A DNA stretch of 64,000 bases from Cirrosporium novae-zelandiae (taxonomy: Eukaryota): positions 248,001 through 312,000 of the forward strand of contig JAPETS010000005.1 in assembly GCA_026023565.1 (NCBI GenBank), given 5' to 3'. Under the pieces are notes generated by a model that did no database searches, was not told the DNA's origin, and saw only the letters and a list, made by a program, of their open reading frames with translations. The position numbers were made by a program, and so were the translations under genes. This document shows, piece by piece, positions 62,490-64,000 of the stretch; the stretch's first letter is position 1; each line of letters starts with the position of its first letter.

Positions 62490-63685
62490 TTAGACTTCAA
62501 CAGCCACGGTCTCCTCCCTAGCCTCCGCCTCCACCTCCTCCATTGACCTCCCCCCAACCTCATCCCTAATCAACGGTTCATACGTCTCCACCACCTTTTC
62601 CAACTCCCCCCTCAGCTTTACCTTCCTCTCCTTACTACACCAACTCCCCTCCACGCTTCCCTTTACAATCTTCTCCCACTCCCTCACATTCAACCCCCAC
62701 ACGCGTTGCACCTCCAAATAATTATCTAGCACCCCACCGCGGAAATATGCCGGGTCATCCCCATTGATACTGAACCGCACGCCCGCATCTAGGAATGCGC
62801 GGATCGGGAACTCCTTCACCGAGGGGATGCAGCACAAGCAGACGTTCGAGAGCGGACAGAGCGTGAGCATTGTTTTCGAGGCTGCAAGCGAGGTGAGGAG
62901 AGCTGGGGATGTTGCAGATGTGAGACCGTGATCAATGCGGGTGACGTGCAGAGCCTCAAGGGTGTCTGTGATGGCGGTGTGTGGGGTCTCCTCGCCAGCG
63001 TGTGCGGTTAGGTGGAGGGTGAGGGCGGCGGCTTGGGCGTAGACTTCTTTGAAAAGCGGGGCAGGGAACCCTGCTTCGGAGCTATCGAGGCCAACGCCGG
63101 TGATGCGGCCAGATTTGAGGTCAGGGGCTAGGAGGGCGAGGGTTTTGAGGGCCTCGTCACTACCAAGATGTCGCAGAAAGCAGGCAATTAAGAGGACGGT
63201 CAGGTCTGGGAATTGGGATTTTGCTTGTGCGATTCCTTGTTCGATACCTTCGAGGATGACGGCATAGGGAATTCCGCGCTCGAGGTGGGCCTGGGGATCG
63301 AAGAACATTTCGACGTGGCGGACACCGTCAGCGTGGGTGGACTTTAGGTAGGTGTAGGTAAGAAGGGCGAAGTCGGACCGGGTGAGCAGGACAGACATGC
63401 CGACGTAATAGTGATCGAGGAAATCTTGTAGGGAGGTGAATGCCTGGTAGCGGGATTGGAGGGCCGAGATGGATTCGTACGCTGGGGTGGATGGGAGGGT
63501 GACATTGTTCTGTCTGGATAGTTCGAAGAGGAGGGAGGGCGTGAGGGTGCCTTCAATATGAAGGTGGTGCTCGCACTACGGGATAGAAAAGATGGTTAGC
63601 TAGTATGTCAAGGTGGGGAGTTGTGAGGGAGACCAACCTTAGGCAGAGCTTTAAGGAATTTATGGAAAGTATTAGAGACGCCCAT
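62490..63685 (-). CDS. AAH1: Adenine deaminase (adenosine/AMP deaminase family)
   Basis: Exons 63685-63638 and 63575-62490. 'LPKCEHHLHIEGTL', 'FFDPQAH', 'GLDSSE', 'TAHAGEE', 'RIDHG', 'CPLSN' and 'NGDDPAYF'. Confidence 0.94.
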
Positions 63686-64000
63686 CTTAAATATTGTATC
63701 TTTGCGGCTAAGGGGGAATATAGATATAGAAGTAAATGGGAAAGAAAGGGAGCTCCTAGATTTCGTCTGATGAGATTTTTTGGTGGCCTTATCGATTAGC
63801 GACTACCGTTACGCAACTTGACGTAAAGTACTTTCGAAAATAGGTAAGGGTAGGTAAGGGTAAGAAGTTTAAAATGGGTCTGCTGCCTGAGGCAATCAAG
63901 TTCTTAACAGTCTATGTTCCCATAAGTATTTTGAGAAAAAGTTGGTACAAGATAAAATTATTATCGTCATAGGATGTATATATATATAGTCATTGAACAG

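Noticed and set aside
63841..63864. TAGGTAAGGG tandem repeat, superficially telomere-like
   Set aside because: Only about 2.4 copies and not TTAGGG; a simple promoter repeat.

Overview
This is a gene-dense, intron-containing region of a filamentous ascomycete (Pezizomycotina-like) genome, with short GT-AG introns and CTRAC/CTRAT branch points. About 27 protein-coding loci can be reconstructed, mostly conserved housekeeping genes: mitochondrial SHMT, SWD3, a RED-like splicing factor, UBR1, PYM, HEM14, SRC1, SSR4, a type-2 asparaginase, DHR2, SUA5, EMP65/TAPT1, CCC1, PRP18, SAP18, RCM1, a GNAT and AAH1. I found no biosynthetic cluster, intact transposon, rRNA, tRNA or CRISPR. Signals missed by the ORF track: (1) a probable ACG-initiated mitochondrial presequence on SUA5; (2) a five-exon QCR9 with a GC-AG intron; (3) an exact CBC-HapX motif upstream of CCC1, back-to-back with two inverted Pho4/NUC-1-type boxes in front of a disabled secreted phosphoesterase; (4) a disrupted ubiquitin-like-domain gene and other gene relics with CpA>TpA-type stops; (5) a stand-alone YqfO/NIF3-insertion-like gene head-to-head with SUA5. 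Family assignments come from motif recognition by eye, not database searches.
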